The notes under the pieces: generated by a model
Databases searched by the model: none
Told to the model about the DNA's origin: nothing
The model's input: the letters and a program-made list of their open reading frames with translations, nothing else
Translations under genes and position numbers: made by a program
Shown here: positions 24,580 through 38,565 of the stretch, one piece after another
Numbering within the stretch: the first letter of the stretch is position 1
Layout: the number at the start of each line of letters is the position of its first letter
From: Amphiscolops sp. MND2022
Taxonomy: Eukaryota
Direction: 5' to 3'
Assembly: GCA_964187785.1 (NCBI GenBank)
Contig: OZ076416.1
Coordinates: 10,974,001-11,038,000 of the forward strand
Length of the DNA: 64,000 bases

Positions 24580-24965
24580 GAAATGGGTGTGTCGCTCGGA
24601 ACAGCTCGGAACAGGTGCTCATGGACACAGCTCCAGCTTGCCTCCAGGTGTGAAATGACTCCCGAGGCCGTGGGTACTTTGACAAAATACTTACCAACCA
24701 GTCCTAATCTTTGATTGCTAACGATTGCTATTAGTATGGGCATCTTGCTGACTCATTGAAATTTACTTTCTAACTAGTATTTGAAAACAATGCCAAGAAT
24801 AGGGTTAATTTCCATTTCCGGGGTGACACGGGAATAACGCCTAAAGTCGCACAAACTATCTCTCGACCAGGAAAATATGACCAAAACCAATGAAAATACA
24901 TCAAAGAAAATTGTAGACCACGGAGCTACAAGCTGGGGCGCAGGGGTTTCAACGACCAAACAAGG
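24580..24965 (+). repeat. Third copy of the ~390-bp segment also at ~21310-21700 and ~61690-62090
   Basis: Shared GAAATGGGTG...TTGCCTCCAGGTGTGAAAT...TTTGATTGCT...GGCGCAGG...ACCAAACAAGG landmarks. Confidence 0.7.
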
Positions 24966-26650
24966 AATTTTATGCAAAAAAAATCGTTCTTCCAGTTTTC
25001 ATCCCCTAAGGTAGCATAATAATGAAAATCAATAAAAACTGTCTTTCTCGAGGTTTTAACCGTCTGTTAGAGCTCTCAGGTAATTTTCGCATTGAAAATG
25101 GCGAGAACAGCGAAAAGAACAATCACATTATCAAAACCACGTCACACATCGGATTGAAATTTTCCAACAAAGTTCCGAACATGTCCAAATTCAAATATCG
25201 ACTGTTTTCCGTGTACCATAGCATGCCGTTACAACTCAGCACAGTTAGCACAATATTTTGTCGGAAAGGAAGAAAAGTTTTGTTTTCCTATAGGGTTTTT
25301 TGCGTTTTGTAATTGTTTATTGATTGCGAGGACGAAACCACTGTCAAGGTTAATGCAGAATGGGAATTTGTTTACAGATCCGCCAGTTGCGCAACGGCGG
25401 AAAAATTACTGCCAAATTGAACAGGAAGTCTTTGTTTTATGTGCCCAAAAGCGCGACTTCAACAAGGTTTTTGAGAATTTTTGATTACAAACAATTACAA
25501 AACAGCAAAGATTGCATCAGCGAAACTCACACGAAATGCCAACGATATAGTTACCTTTCGTTACGAGGTACAAAATTCGTTTTAGTCAAGTCATTTGTTG
25601 GTCACGCCAAACAATGGCAGGCACACAGATGAGGAGAGCAATACAGTGACGATAACTATTTATCCATAACTTTGGCATTTCGTGTAGTCCTACAGTCAAC
25701 TTTCAACCTGTCGGAGAGCCCACGGGCTCTCACACACGCCTATGAAGTCCTACGTTGCCCAACATGTCTGATCGCCCAATCTCAGAACAAGCGGTGATGA
25801 CTGTCATTCAGGCTGTGATAGCAAGTCCAAATTATTTTGATCAAATGCAGGCGATGATGCAACTTTAGCCGGGCTTACATACTCTAAATATTCTCAATAC
25901 CTCTAATTATTCCCAATACCGAAAACGGAACGACTGTTTCCATCGAAAGTTTCTACTGGCCGAGTCTTGCAACAAGTGAAGAACAGCCCTTCCAGCAAAC
26001 CACCCCGTGTCAAGATACCGATAAATCAAGCTTCCACCAGCCAACAATTTACCTCCAAAACAGCGCCCACAGCGCAAATAGCCAGTCAAACAAACTGAAA
26101 TTAGTGGTGTCGCAAGCAGCCGTGCTCCCGCCACCACCCTAGACACAATCACAACCAAAACTGGGCCATCAGGAACTTCCCAACACCAGAAGACCTTTGA
26201 AGAAGTCCTAAAAGATTACACTTACGATATTCAAATGAAGAATACTGGCTCAACCGTAACTCCTCTTCGCAAACAGGCCATCCAATATCCAGGAAAGTAA
26301 TTTTTTCACACAACCGCCCCATCTTCTCCACCAAAAGAGACCTAGGCTACGCCCTGGTCATTGTTTCAACTTTCGTGAAAAACGTGGCAGCGTGCCGTTG
26401 ACCAGAATACCCGAGATGGCAGAGGGAAAACAGGGAGAATCTTCTCTTCACCGATATACAATCAGCAATGTATTGGAACAACTCTCCTACGAAACCTCAT
26501 GACGCAACTGTCAGCCATGAAATTAAAAGAACCAACCCCACATAAAAGAGCTGGATGCAGCAACAAACATGGCCACAGCCATAAAAAAAGCGCAACGAAT
26601 TTTCCTAAACAAATTCCAGATCCCAATATTGTTTGTACTATAGCTGAATC

Positions 26651-26880
26651 GTGGAATCGACTGTACGTCAAAGTGGAATTGACTGCGCGCCAAAGTGGAA
26701 TTCACTGTAAGTCGAAGTGGAATCCACTGCAAATTTCAGCGAAATTTGCTGAAAGTTGAAATAAGCTTACGCGATTGGTTCAATTCAGTTAGCAGTGAAA
26801 AGCAGTGGATTTCAGTGCCCGCAATTTTGTACATTAGCTAGATATGTTAGTGGAATCCAAAACAGTCGGCAGCGGAATCC
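26651..26880. repeat. 22-bp tandem repeat with GTGGAAT(C/T)(C/G)ACTG core, followed by looser copies
   Basis: Units start at 26651, 26673, 26695 and 26717; related motifs at ~26805-26882. Confidence 0.8.
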
Positions 26881-27599
26881 ATTGGAACTCGGTGAAATAC
26901 ATGTTTAATAATACGTCAGTGGTTTTCGGTGACTTAATAGCACAGAAGTGTGCTAACCCATTTTTGGCAGTGTAATGTAACCCCGCACTGTTTTGAACAC
27001 TGGAACCCAGCATTGCAACGTTTCGTGTATTTAGTGACAGAAATATATCAATACCTGACCATCGCCCATCATAGTTATCTTACATGGAAAACTCAAAGAA
27101 TTTTGCAGTTTTAGGTATACTTACTTTGGTGATCAGCCCATTTATTGGTGAGCCTGGTTTTAGTTTTAGTTGTTTTTGAATCGAATGAACGAAAGGAAGC
27201 CGAATGCTTAGAAGGACGCAAAACAATGAAACTAACTAACGTTTCTTCTAATCTCAAGTCGATGTCAAGGACTAGCCTCGCGAGAGAGCACATTTTACTC
27301 AGCAACAACTATTCTGAGAGCAGATGCTTGATAAAGTTTCTTAACCCAAGCAGCGCCAAGCTCCAGAGCTTTGGAATAAGAAGTTAAACCATGTCATATT
27401 CTGACCATGGCCAAAGAAGCACTTCTTACCTGATCCCGGACACACAAAAACTCACAATTTACAGAGAAGAACTTTTAGTCTAGGCTGATATTGCTCACAA
27501 CAGGGGAATTTGAAACGGAATTAACAATTTTGCATAATAACTGTAACATAATTACCTTCATAGACCGCACGTGGTTCCCAGAACGTGGTTCCCAGAACC

Positions 27600-29990
27600 T
27601 TGAAAATAGATAACCAGACTGCAGGAAGAGACGCGATGATTCCAAATCAGTCACAAGGACTTGGTGCTCCCCCTCAGCAGTTCAACTCGACAAGGACATC
27701 AAGCATAGACCCCAGGGAGTATGTAACATTTACCTACCAGCTACTGGAACTTCTCTTGAGGAACTAGAAATTGTTATTTTCAATCAGTTGCCGCCCAGTT
27801 GTTCTTGAAAAGACCTGCCCGAAAAATTGCAAAGGGCCCAAACGTCACATCGTTACCGTACCTATACCCAGTAGGAAAGAGAATTGAGAAAATATACAGA
27901 ATGTACCCGTGAAGACTCAAGTAGCAAAACAATTAGCGCCAAGACGGACGGACTATCTTCAATTTGGCACCTTTCTTATTGAAATGCTACATGAAGTGAT
28001 AATTGCCTAAATGAGTCAGTTCGCTGAAGTAAGAATACAGAAATTGATTTCCCCTACTAATGTTTGCCGTATGATGTCAACCGTGCTGTAATTTATCGTT
28101 TTCTCGTTGTGTTACAACTGAATCTCTAGCTAACAACTGAATCTATACGAGTCAAATGCTGAGCAACACAGACTTCACAAGTGGCCCGAAGATTGCCTAC
28201 AAGAAAATATATTGTCGAATTTGCCTTCATCAAACGGGTATAAACACATCATAACAATGGTGGACGTTTTCGCCAGCTCGTCGCATACCCTACACAAGAC
28301 ATGACATTAGGAGCAGTCGGATGATGCATTATCGACGTAATTACCAGACACAGCAACTTATCAACAGTCATACTGACCAACGAGGGATCCCAATTCAGAT
28401 CAGAAGTGGTAAATAAATTGCATAGACAACCGACATACGGATGAGCTACGCATCGACAAAACACGCACAAACAATTGGAATCCAAGCCTCTTTGCAAAAC
28501 CTCCGTTGAAGTCACTTTGGGATATATGCGAACAATCAAAACGTTTCTGACGTTACCGTGAGAGAAGAAGATCACCTTCCGATAGTCAGTGACAACTTAG
28601 ATGTCAGTGACAATTCCTACATCAAGCCTTTGCCACCTATTGAAAGCACGACTCCAACACCCAAGCAATTTACCGCCTATAGTAGATCAAAGACCAAAGC
28701 TGATACTGACTTCAGAATGCTTGACTCAGTTACAACAGAAGACCTACGTCACATCAAATCCAAACATAACAAATTTCAAAAAAAATGCAGCTTTCAACAA
28801 ACAATGAGACACTAAGCACAGTTCATACTTTGTGATACACATCAGGAACATTTTCTCTCTTAGGGTTTTTTCTTTTGGCCACCGGACTCTTACTGTTTGA
28901 AATACTGTGTGTTTACCACCCTTCTCCACCCCAGCTTCCGATTTCTTCTTCTTTACAACACCACCCAATTCACTACTACTTCATGATACAGTTCCGGAGT
29001 TTTGCTCAACGCGAAACAGACGATTGGCCTTGTTGCTTTCGGAATAGTAGCTTTCATACGCTTGACTACACTCTGCCAAAAACCTACAGTACAGAGAAGA
29101 ATACAGATCAACGAATGCATTCATCCCACATTCGCAAAAAGCCCTCCGAAGATTGAAATCAGGCGCAACGAAGACGAAGCCGGCATAAGAAATAGCACCA
29201 CGCACAAGATTCAGGGTATGCCCAGTAAACAGTGATTGATGGGTATCACCAGCAATCAAAACAAATCTTTGTACAAGAAGCACACAACGCTGAAAGGACC
29301 TCTCATCCAAAGCACAGCCACTAGTCACTCAGATCAAACGTCATTGTAGGGTAAACTCGACTCGGATTGACTACGACAAGACAACATAAGTTGAAAACAC
29401 GGAATGCGTGATTTCGGGACTAAAATCCGAAATCAAGTTTGAACCGACTAACATCCGGGATGCCACTGGCTGACCGCTCCAAACGACTATGCTACCTGCG
29501 TTTCTCAACAATGTGTGTACTGTGCTCTTCCAAAGCGGCTGGAGACTCGTGACATGACAGCACCTTCCATGACTCCAGTTCTTCACACAACACTGCGAAC
29601 CACTCAAAGACAGTACTGTTATCGCGTTCGAGCATAAACTCAGGCCAAAAGCTACACAGTCCCCTCGCGTAGCACTGGCGCTCTTCAACAAGATGATGAT
29701 ATGCCGGTACACAAACTCTGTGCAACGATTCCGTAAATGCGGACCTTCACACATTTACCAGTAGCCAGATTTTTCCCAAATTCATTTTCCAGATTTCCAT
29801 AGGCACAACGGAGAACTCAGCATTTTTCAAACTGTCCATCAATTGCTCCCACTCGTGTATACCAGAGAGGCTTGCAATGTCACGGGTCATCTATAGGAAT
29901 CAGTACACAAAGTGACACAATTTGTCATATCCGTGAAAGACGTAGTCGTCACGGTCCTGCTGCAGCTTCACAAAATTGATATGAACAAAA
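27600..29990 (+). mobile_element. Highly decayed Gypsy fragments (integrase remnant plus antisense accessory ORF)
   Basis: GYKHIITMVDVF, QFRSEVV and KHAQTIG remnants near 28230-28490. 29330-29990 is homologous to 32630-33330. Confidence 0.55.
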
Positions 29991-30452
29991 CCAAAACGCG
30001 ATCCCAACATTGCACAATAAATATGAAAGAAAAAGTATGATATGAATCAACTAGGTTTCGTTGTTAATAAATTTGCGTTTTATGATACCTCGGACTTTTT
30101 AGGTGAGAAACAATTGATGCTAGTAAGGTATAAAGATGTTGTTTGGAAATTGTGCAACTAGTTATTCACTAACGTTGTGTAACTGTTGATTGCAAAAACA
30201 CTCCATTTCAAGAGTTCAAACTTTCCAAAGCTTCTTTCATTGTCTTAACAGCAATAACTACTCGTAGATTTTAGCTAAAACTCAAAAAAAAAGAATTCCT
30301 GAAATCAGTCGCGCCATCAATAAAGAAATCTGATCTCCAAAACATAGGAGACTCTGACTTTGAATCTGGAAACGTATTTCCAGCCCCAACTTCTACACCG
30401 ATATGATCTAAATCGACTGCTCAAAATAACACCCCAACCGCTAATCGTAATA

Positions 30453-30465
30453 TGGTAACATGAGT
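30453..30465 (+). promoter_or_regulatory. Primer-binding site (tRNA-Leu-like)
   Basis: TGGTAACATGAGT directly after the LTR-type end AATCGTAATA; resembles the TGGT(A/G)nCAGGAGT complement of tRNA-Leu 3' ends. Confidence 0.55.
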
Positions 30466-32548
30466 CCTCGACGATTCCACAAATCTCCGTACAAAGAAAC
30501 CGAAACAACAACGCTCACAGAGTCAACCAACAGAAGACCGATCAACAAGCTCCTGATAACTGTTCGCGCCTCAGCCGCAAACATTCCTGCCGAACACCAA
30601 GCTACCAATGCCAAAGGCACTCACAGCAACCCTCAAAGTAAGACAAATTTGAACTATTTGATAATTTGATTCGAAATAACTACAAAAATATACCCATATC
30701 TGTCAGAAATCCAAAAAAAAAAAACTACTTCCACAACAACCTTTTTTTCATGTGGACAAGACCGAAAAAATAAACTTGAGGAAAAATCAGTCTTCACCCA
30801 AGTTTCAGTCTTCACCCAAGGCAAGATGCGAATGAGACGCACTTAATGTTGACAAAACAAAACAAACTACACGAATGCCTCAACTCACTACAAAAAACTA
30901 CAAAAGAAGCCTTCAGACCAGAGGCACAACAATTTATTGGTAAGGCAATCTATGCAAAAATGAGAGATCATGTCAAAACAAAACTCAACAGGGCGTATCT
31001 AGAGGATAAACTATGCCTAGAGATGCGGCCTAGTGGACTAGGAGCAGCCGATGAACCTACCCTAGTACCTCTGAACAGCGTCGAAACAGTCCCGTTGGAA
31101 TGAAAACGAGAACAAAACCAAAAAGGTTACTTTTCCACTGTGGAAGATATGGCCACTAAAAAGGCCAATGCCACAAATTAAAAAGAGATCGCTACCTTGA
31201 AACCAAAGCCAAGAATTGAGACAAAAATACCGCGAACGCCCAAAATGCCAAATTTGACACCTTCTGGGAACACACAAAATCGAAAACTGTTGGGACGGAG
31301 CCAATGCGGCAATTGACCCGAGAAAGAAGAAACCAGAATTCGCCATCCCAACAAAATCAGCGAATACCTTCTCCCTACCGCTGAAACCGAGCCAAAAACC
31401 AAAACCGGTTCGCTTACGATTCGGGAAAAGGCAGACGAGAGGGCATATATGATTGAAGATCCCACAAATCGCTTTGAAAAGGACTTAAAAACCGAATGCA
31501 TTGAAGACCCTACACAAGACTGGCCAAAACGTCCGAATGTCGGAGCAGTTCTACGCATCATACGAAACACCAAGATACACCAAATCGCTCTTCCCGAGTT
31601 GATAAATGTATCCCCAGACAAGGACGCCACACTAAAACGCCCGCTGCTGGAATCCAAAACAGACTAAATCTATGTCTACCACGCGGAATACCAATGCGAT
31701 CTTTGGAACGGACAACAGATCTACGATAGCGACTCCCTCTCGTTCAAAAGTGATGTTCAGAGCAAACCGAAACCGGACGAGATAACAAAATTGCTGTTCA
31801 CGTTGTCATCAAGTTTGAAAAAGTCAAAAGTTTGAAGGACTACTTTAGAGTCAACTACTTTAAAGCGATCAACGTTAGCTTTGCGGAAGCCTGTGGACTC
31901 GCTCTGCGACAATCAATACATCCACTTGACTGATGAATGTTTTAGAGCATCACTATACGCACAAATGATAGAAGAAAACAATGACAGGCAGCTACTATCC
32001 AAACGGAAAACATACGCGTACTCTCAATGTGTCAGCTGAAAATATCAAAATACTGCAAAGAATTCTTGGCAAAGCACCACGCTTTCCGAGAATACAGGCA
32101 CAGCCTATGTGAGATTACCCTACCAACGCTAATTTTGACAGGAAACGGATGATCGGTAACAAGGTTTTTCCAAACAAACTCTCATCCGCCTACACTATGG
32201 AACGCCTGCAACTACCTCCTACAATGCAAATTCCGCATCATGCATGTAGCTGGCTTGCAAAACAGAGCAGCATATTTCCTATAACGGCTGGAAATAGAAC
32301 CCAAAGAAAAATTCCAAGTGAAGTTACGCAACGATATACTATCGTCACTTGTAGAAGTCAATCAACAATCAACAGACGTGACGGATGACGAACACCTTTT
32401 CTTCCTACCTGATCAAGAAGAGGAATACGAACAAGAAATATTCGCACGGAAGCAAATCAGCAAAGAGCGAGCCCTAGGCAAAATAAGGCCGCCAAAAAGT
32501 GTCCACAAAAGGCACAGACGTGATCAAAACACCTTTCAATGCCGCCGC

Positions 32549-35500
32549 CTACATGTTTGATGAAATCAAGGAAAACGCACGCATCAGAAATCGCATCAGG
32601 AAGCGCATAACCAAAGCACAACAACTCGGATCAACCGTCACTGTGGGGTAAACTTGACTCGGAATGACTACGACAAGACAGCATACGTTGAAAACACAGC
32701 ATGTATGATGTCGGGACTGAAACCCAAAATCATGCTCGAATCGTCTAACATCCGGAATCTCACTGGTTGACTGCTTCAAACGACTATGCTGCCTGCGTAT
32801 CTCAACAATGCATGTACTGTGCGCTTCCAAACCGGCTGCAGACTTGTCACAGGACAGCACCTTCCATGACTTCGGGATTTTACACAACACTGCGAACAAC
32901 TCAGAGACAGTACTGTTATCGCCTTCGAGCATCAACTCAGGCCAAAAGATTTACAAACTCCTCGCGATAATCGATGTAGCACTGGCGCTCTCCAACAAGA
33001 GGGTGATATGCCGGTCCACAAATTCTCTCCACCGACTCCGGTAGTGCCGACCATTAGTCAGACTTTTCCCAAATCCATAAGTCGCCAAAAAGACTCTCTT
33101 AGGCCCATTGGGGAATTCAGCTACTTTCGACTTTTCCATAAGTTCCTCCCACTCGTGCATACCAGAGAGGCTTGCAATGTCACGGGTCTTCAATTGGAGG
33201 CAGAACACAAAGTGACACAATTCATCATATCCGTGAAAGGCGTAGTCTTCCCGGTCCTGCCACAGCTTCACAAAATTGATATGAACAAAAACAAAAAAGC
33301 GATCCCAACGTTTCACAACAATCCTGTAAGCAAAGCTATAGTCCCCGATACGAGGCACCTAGGGGAAGTGCGGAGGGTTTTGCGGAGAGTTGAAAATTTC
33401 ACATTATAACCTACAACCCTCGCATTCTATATGAGGTAATAGAAAACGTTTTTTACGTACCACGCAACTGAACATAATACGGAATCGAGAAATACAAGAC
33501 AACCGTACAAATAGGAGTCCGGCATCAGTCGAAAAAATCCGAAGCGGTATGTGATCCTTTTGTCCGCGAACAAAATATTCCGTCCCCCTCAACCAATCAG
33601 CAAAACAAAACTCACAAACACTAAGCGGACAAAGAAAGAGGAGACAAGTGAGAAAACTGCAGATAAAAACCTAACAAAATCAGTCTTGTCCTTTGCGTGA
33701 GGTAACCCAGTGCAGCGAATATATGGCCGGATTGAAGGCCACAATTCGATCAGGTCAGTGGAGACATCCCGAAGGTCTTTAAAACTGACGAAGCCATGAC
33801 GGAAGCACTTCCTCAACAAGACCCTACCGTCTGTCCACTTCTCGTATTTGGCACTCGTTAATATACGGATGGTATATTCAACGAGAGTCATCACCTCTAC
33901 TATCCCAAAAACGTCTTGATGAGTCTGTCGCAAACACTGACAAAGTTTTTGTTGTCAAATCAGTGATACGCCAAAAAGACGCTACCGTTGTCACGTGGTC
34001 ATCCAGAGCACGGACCAGCGACGAACTTGCACCAGCGACGAACTTGCACCAGCGACGAACTTGCTATTGACAACACGGGAAAAATCAGTTCCGGCTTTGG
34101 GACAACTTGTTCCAGTGGCTCTTGCCCGACACAAATTTTCTTCAAATTGCCACCACCCCAGCCAAAAACAAAGCATCGTCCACGCACCGTATCTCTCTCA
34201 TACTGGAAACTGTACTTCTTGAACGAAGCAACTGCGCCCAGAACGAGCTGTAACACCCGAGGAGCAAGCACAGGACACAGCAACGACTAAAGCAAAAACA
34301 AAACAATAAAAGAACGAAGAGGACCACATCGAAATACCTAGATCACTGACGAACACACAAAAACAAAAGCACCAAACACTACGGCTACCACTGACAACTG
34401 AAATAATAACGTTTAACACGGTTTCTAATCTGCTCCAGCTCAAGCTAAAATCGGTCTCGCGCTTACCCAACGAGGAACAAAATTGCCTCCACTTACGTCG
34501 CAGCAGTGCAAAACTGCCCCCGCTGCGTAGCAAGTCACAGAGGCAAGAAACCAAAATCATGAACGAGACTTTCGATTCCACCCTGGAATGCTTTGGCAAC
34601 AAATCTTCTGGGAACGGATATCTCTCGGTCAATTCAACAAATGGACAATAACAATAGTCAGTCAGCTGATTTTCTGAAAGAACCATGGTCTCCATGAGGA
34701 TATTGTATACTGGAAAGCCCATATGCACGCGATAGCAGATCTCTTGTCCCCACTGACCATCTGATCTGAAGTGTCGCCCGAACTCTCCTGACCGTGGGAG
34801 GTCATTGCAACATCACGTTGTCAGACCAGACGATTGTTGCCTTGACGCACTTAGATCCACTGACGAAATAAGCAGAAATGGGATTCAGCCCCAGCATTCG
34901 CTTTTGAAGAAGATTATGGATGATATACTTCCGCACCTTACAACGCAGGCGCCCCTCCACTATTTCCGAAAGCTCGTTAAATGCAGCGAACAAAATGAAG
35001 ACAATGCCCAACAAACAAAACAAGAGAACAACAGAGGAAAAACAGAGGCAATGGACTAACTGCTCAAACCAAACCACCTTATATAATATTACGCAAAGTA
35101 GATGATGGGCAGTCCTTGTGACGGTTGGGCGGCGTCATAAATTTCACCGATGATCTTAGTAAGGGCAACACGTTTGAGCCTGCAAATGCAAACCGAATAT
35201 AGTAACGAACTGAAATCGAACAAGCCATAAAGAATCAAACAACCCGGCTCATGAACCTCCTCCATCACATCTGTCGGTCTCTTGACTGGCTACTCCAACT
35301 CCTTCAGCCTCATCTCAGGGATCAGCCTCATCTCCACTTTCCACAAGGCTCAGTACAAGATCCGGCTTTAGTCAAGCCCAACGTAACATCGCCAGCTGGA
35401 GAAGGACTTGAACCAGCTGAACAAAGAGGAACAGTTCCCAGGACAGAGTAGACGTACAGCTTGAGAACAGGAAGCAATCTGCGAGCTGGGGACGGAAACG

Positions 35501-35760
35501 TTTGAAGGAACAGCAAGTTGAGTTCCTGAAAATCAAGATCCGGATCAGACGCGTCAGTAACCGGGTTAACACTAAAGCTGATCACCTAAGAGTCTCCAAA
35601 AACCCATGAAAGTCGGAAAGATTTTACCCAGCTGGGACAGAACGTGATGATCAGTTCCAGCGAAGAAAGTTCCACTGACAAAAGCAGTAGTAGCTTCATC
35701 AAGCCAAGCCAAACAATTCGTCAAGGAAAGTGAACACAAAAGTCGGCGTACATGCAATGC
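32549..35760 (-). pseudogene. Antisense accessory ORF block of the Gypsy element
   Basis: Minus-strand ORFs 32549-32935, 32951-33358, 34198-34728, 34802-35077 and 35328-35585. A shared VFSTY[A/V]VLS* end occurs here (stop 32668-32670) and in 29371-29754. Confidence 0.5.
34014..34064 (+). repeat. 17-bp unit x3
   Basis: ACCAGCGACGAACTTGC, three exact copies. Confidence 0.95.
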
Positions 35761-37339
35761 AGAATTTTAGCAAGTGAAAATGTTAGCTACAAGCTCCCGT
35801 TTAGGATTTCGCGCATAGCTATTTTCCTTTCCAGTTTCATTTCCTGTGCGATTTCCAATCTAAATAGGAAAACAGAAACACAATTTCAAAAGAGAACATA
35901 TTCATTTCGTTCGCTAAACCAAAAAAAAGAAACACGATTAACCCGTTATTTCGATGGGCATTACGACCTGAATTTCTAAATCAAACAAGTATTTAAAGTG
36001 TTACAGCAAATTTGCTTTGAGGCTGTTGTCAAGTTTCACTAAGACTACAAATATGTAATCAAAACAAATATTCACAACGCATTGGAAACGTCTGACGGCA
36101 AAGTCAATTTCCAAAAAAGCTAGCACAAAGAACCATTAGCGTTGCAGCTACGGCAGTATATTTGCGCTCAAGTCTAAACATCTTAAAGATGCCTTCTGCA
36201 AGAAAATTGAACGATTTGTAACTTGCCGTAACCCCCGTCAACCTTTCGCCAGCTATAGCTAATCTTCATACACACTTTGACGCTACGTTGCAATTGTACC
36301 ATTGCCTCTATCAAGACGAGCATTTAAACACTAAATGAAAGGAATTTCTATTGGTGAAAGGAAGAATTGATGAAGTCCATAATATACGTAACAAGGATCG
36401 TGATTAATTTAAGAAGGCTGTGTTGTTTGATGTGAAACTACCACTGAATACTCGCGTTCATATATAGTGAATGATCCTTCCTATTTTTGCCAACAAAATT
36501 GCAATGCTATTCGAAACAACACTTTGAAAAAACGTCCCTTTTATGTATTTCTTGATCAAAATACAGAACTTTTATAGTTGAGCATAGTCTATCTCCAATT
36601 TGAATCTTGATATGTAAAATACGGCGTCGGGACCGTTAACATTGGAAAGATAACTATCAGAAGTGACTGTTTTTTTCCTCCAAACAAAAACAGTGTCAGT
36701 GTTCTCTTCTGAGAGTGAATACTACATGCTATTCAGCAAGTCAATTTACATGTGCAAATAATTGGTGTTTTGCTTTAAAGCAGTGTGTGAAGTTGTTGAC
36801 CATAAGGTCTGTGTTGCTTTAATTGTTGAATAATTTTTAGTTAGAGGATTTGATTTTTGATGCTGTGATATCCTTTTGAGAGTTAAAGTTTCATTAGTTC
36901 AGGTGTTCTTGTGTTGTTTAATACCCCATGTCAAAAATCACGAAACGATAATCTAACTACTTTTCATTCGCTGATAATACTTTGGTATTTCCCTTTCGAA
37001 CAGGTTTTCATCTGTTTCGGTTGCGTCGAATTTTTGTTTGTCATTCTTTTTTGATTTCTCAACTCTCTTAGTTGAAATTGAGTAATTGTTCTTCGTGCTT
37101 GACAAGCGTGCTTCAATTGTCAAGAATTTAGGTGGATTTTAATTTGCCGCCATTTTAACGCTCAAACAGCAAGTGCATTTGTCTGAACAAGATTTTCAAC
37201 GAAAGGTGACGAATAGATGACGCAACTAGTATTTTCCGCACTTGAATTTCAGACATGAGAGTGAAATGATATGAAGTAACTTTGTTTTTTTTTGTGAAAA
37301 AACCCGATTTTCATGTTACTAGGAAATTTATGTGAGGAA

Positions 37340-37859
37340 CAGTTATGATGCTAGTAAGGTATAAAGTTGTTGGTTGCAAAATGTAATATTTTTAAATCAC
37401 TATCCTTGAGTAACGTTGATTGCAAAATCACTTTTCTTTGAAGAGTTTACACTTTTCAAAGTTTTTTACATTGTCCCAACAAGATTGACTACTTGTTGCC
37501 AGAAAAGAAAAGCTGTAGAGTCCTTAATCTCAGCTGATTTAAAAACGTCAAGGATGAAGATCAATGTAGCAGATTATCTAGTTGCTAGTACTTTTAAATC
37601 CCCTAAACTGCAATCTGAAAAGGTAGACGAGATGAAAACGTCTCTTAGGCTGGTGGTCATGTCAGACTTGACTAAGATTTTAGCTGAAAACTATAACGAA
37701 ATCCTGCAATTGATCGCACCAACAACAAAGAAAGCATCTGATCTCCAAATCCTAAAAGATTCTGACTCTGAAATTGATAACGTATTCTCAGCCCCTACTT
37801 CTCCACCGATAAGATCTAACTTGACTGCTCAAAATAATCCCCGACAGCCAATCCTAACA
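37340..37859 (+). mobile_element. LTR 3' portion with internal ORF (37416-37874)
   Basis: Homologous to 30110-30452 (ATGCTAGTAAGGTATAAAG...TTGATTGCAAAA...GACTGCTCAAAATAA...TAACA); identity is modest by eye. Confidence 0.6.
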
Positions 37860-38160
37860 CTGTCTAAACGGTAGTTTCGAAGACAAAGCGTAATTCACGT
37901 TACTGAAGTGGAATCATCCTCTGACGTGGCAATTTTTACCTTAAGGAGGCAAAATTGACTCATGGCGATGGACGCCTGTCCCGGGCAAATATCCATGTCT
38001 TGGGTTCCTCCATCTCTAGTTGCGGAAACGCAACGATGACAGCTTTACCTTAATCTTTGAAAAAAGTTTCAATTTGGAAAGTTGTTCTTAAAAAACAAAC
38101 AAACTCATTGAATGAAGGCTCCAAACAACTTGTACATCGAACCCGCACAACGATTTTTTC

Positions 38161-38309
38161 ATTTTCCGACCCCAAATTTTATAAATGGGGGAGGAAACTT
38201 GTGATCTGTTATTTTCCGACCCAACATTTTATAAATGGGGGAGGAAAATCATGATCTGTTATTTTCCGACCCAACATTTTATAAATGGGGGAGGAAAATC
38301 ATGATCTGT
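38161..38309 (+). repeat. 50-bp tandem repeat x3
   Basis: ATTTTCCGACCCAACATTTTATAAATGGGGGAGGAAAATCATGATCTGTT starting at 38161, 38211 and 38261. Confidence 0.95.
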
Positions 38310-38444
38310 GACGCATTTTTCTTCCAAATTTTGCCAAATCTCCACAAACTCCACCTTTTGATTACTTGACTATTTTATATAGCTACTAGTAACTACAAAA
38401 GTCAAGTAAATAAAATACCATACAGCGGGATTAATATCTAAAGT

Positions 38445-38565
38445 CAAAAAAGGGAATAAGATCTAAAGGGAACAAGATCTAAAATTTCAGGGCGGGAATA
38501 AGATCTAAAAGGAATAAGATTTAAAATCACTAACTTTTAGATCTTATTCTTTAGATTCTATTCCC
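38445..38565. repeat. GGAATAAGATCTAAA motif array with inverted copies
   Basis: Four or five forward copies followed by TTTAGATCTTATTC and TTTAGATTCTATTCC. Confidence 0.7.

Larger units (their letters stand above)
30040..37859 (+). mobile_element. Decayed Gypsy element: LTR 3' remnant, PBS, gag, RNase H relic, antisense ORF block, LTR end; integrase not seen
   Basis: gag LPMPKALTAT (~30600); knuckle remnant ~31240-31300; RNase H remnants at 31925-32290 matching ORF 2844-3698; LTR-type end AATCCTAACA at 37859. Confidence 0.65.

Noticed and set aside
25700-26350. Possible DIRS or other retroelement relic
   Set aside because: No RT, RNase H or tyrosine-recombinase motif could be identified.
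27569-27598. 14-bp tandem duplication (ACGTGGTTCCCAGA x2)
   Set aside because: Ordinary slippage inside decayed TE sequence.
30040-37859. Treating 30110-30452 and 37340-37859 as the LTR pair of one insertion for dating
   Set aside because: They are clearly diverged with a large indel, so they may belong to different subfamilies or insertions.
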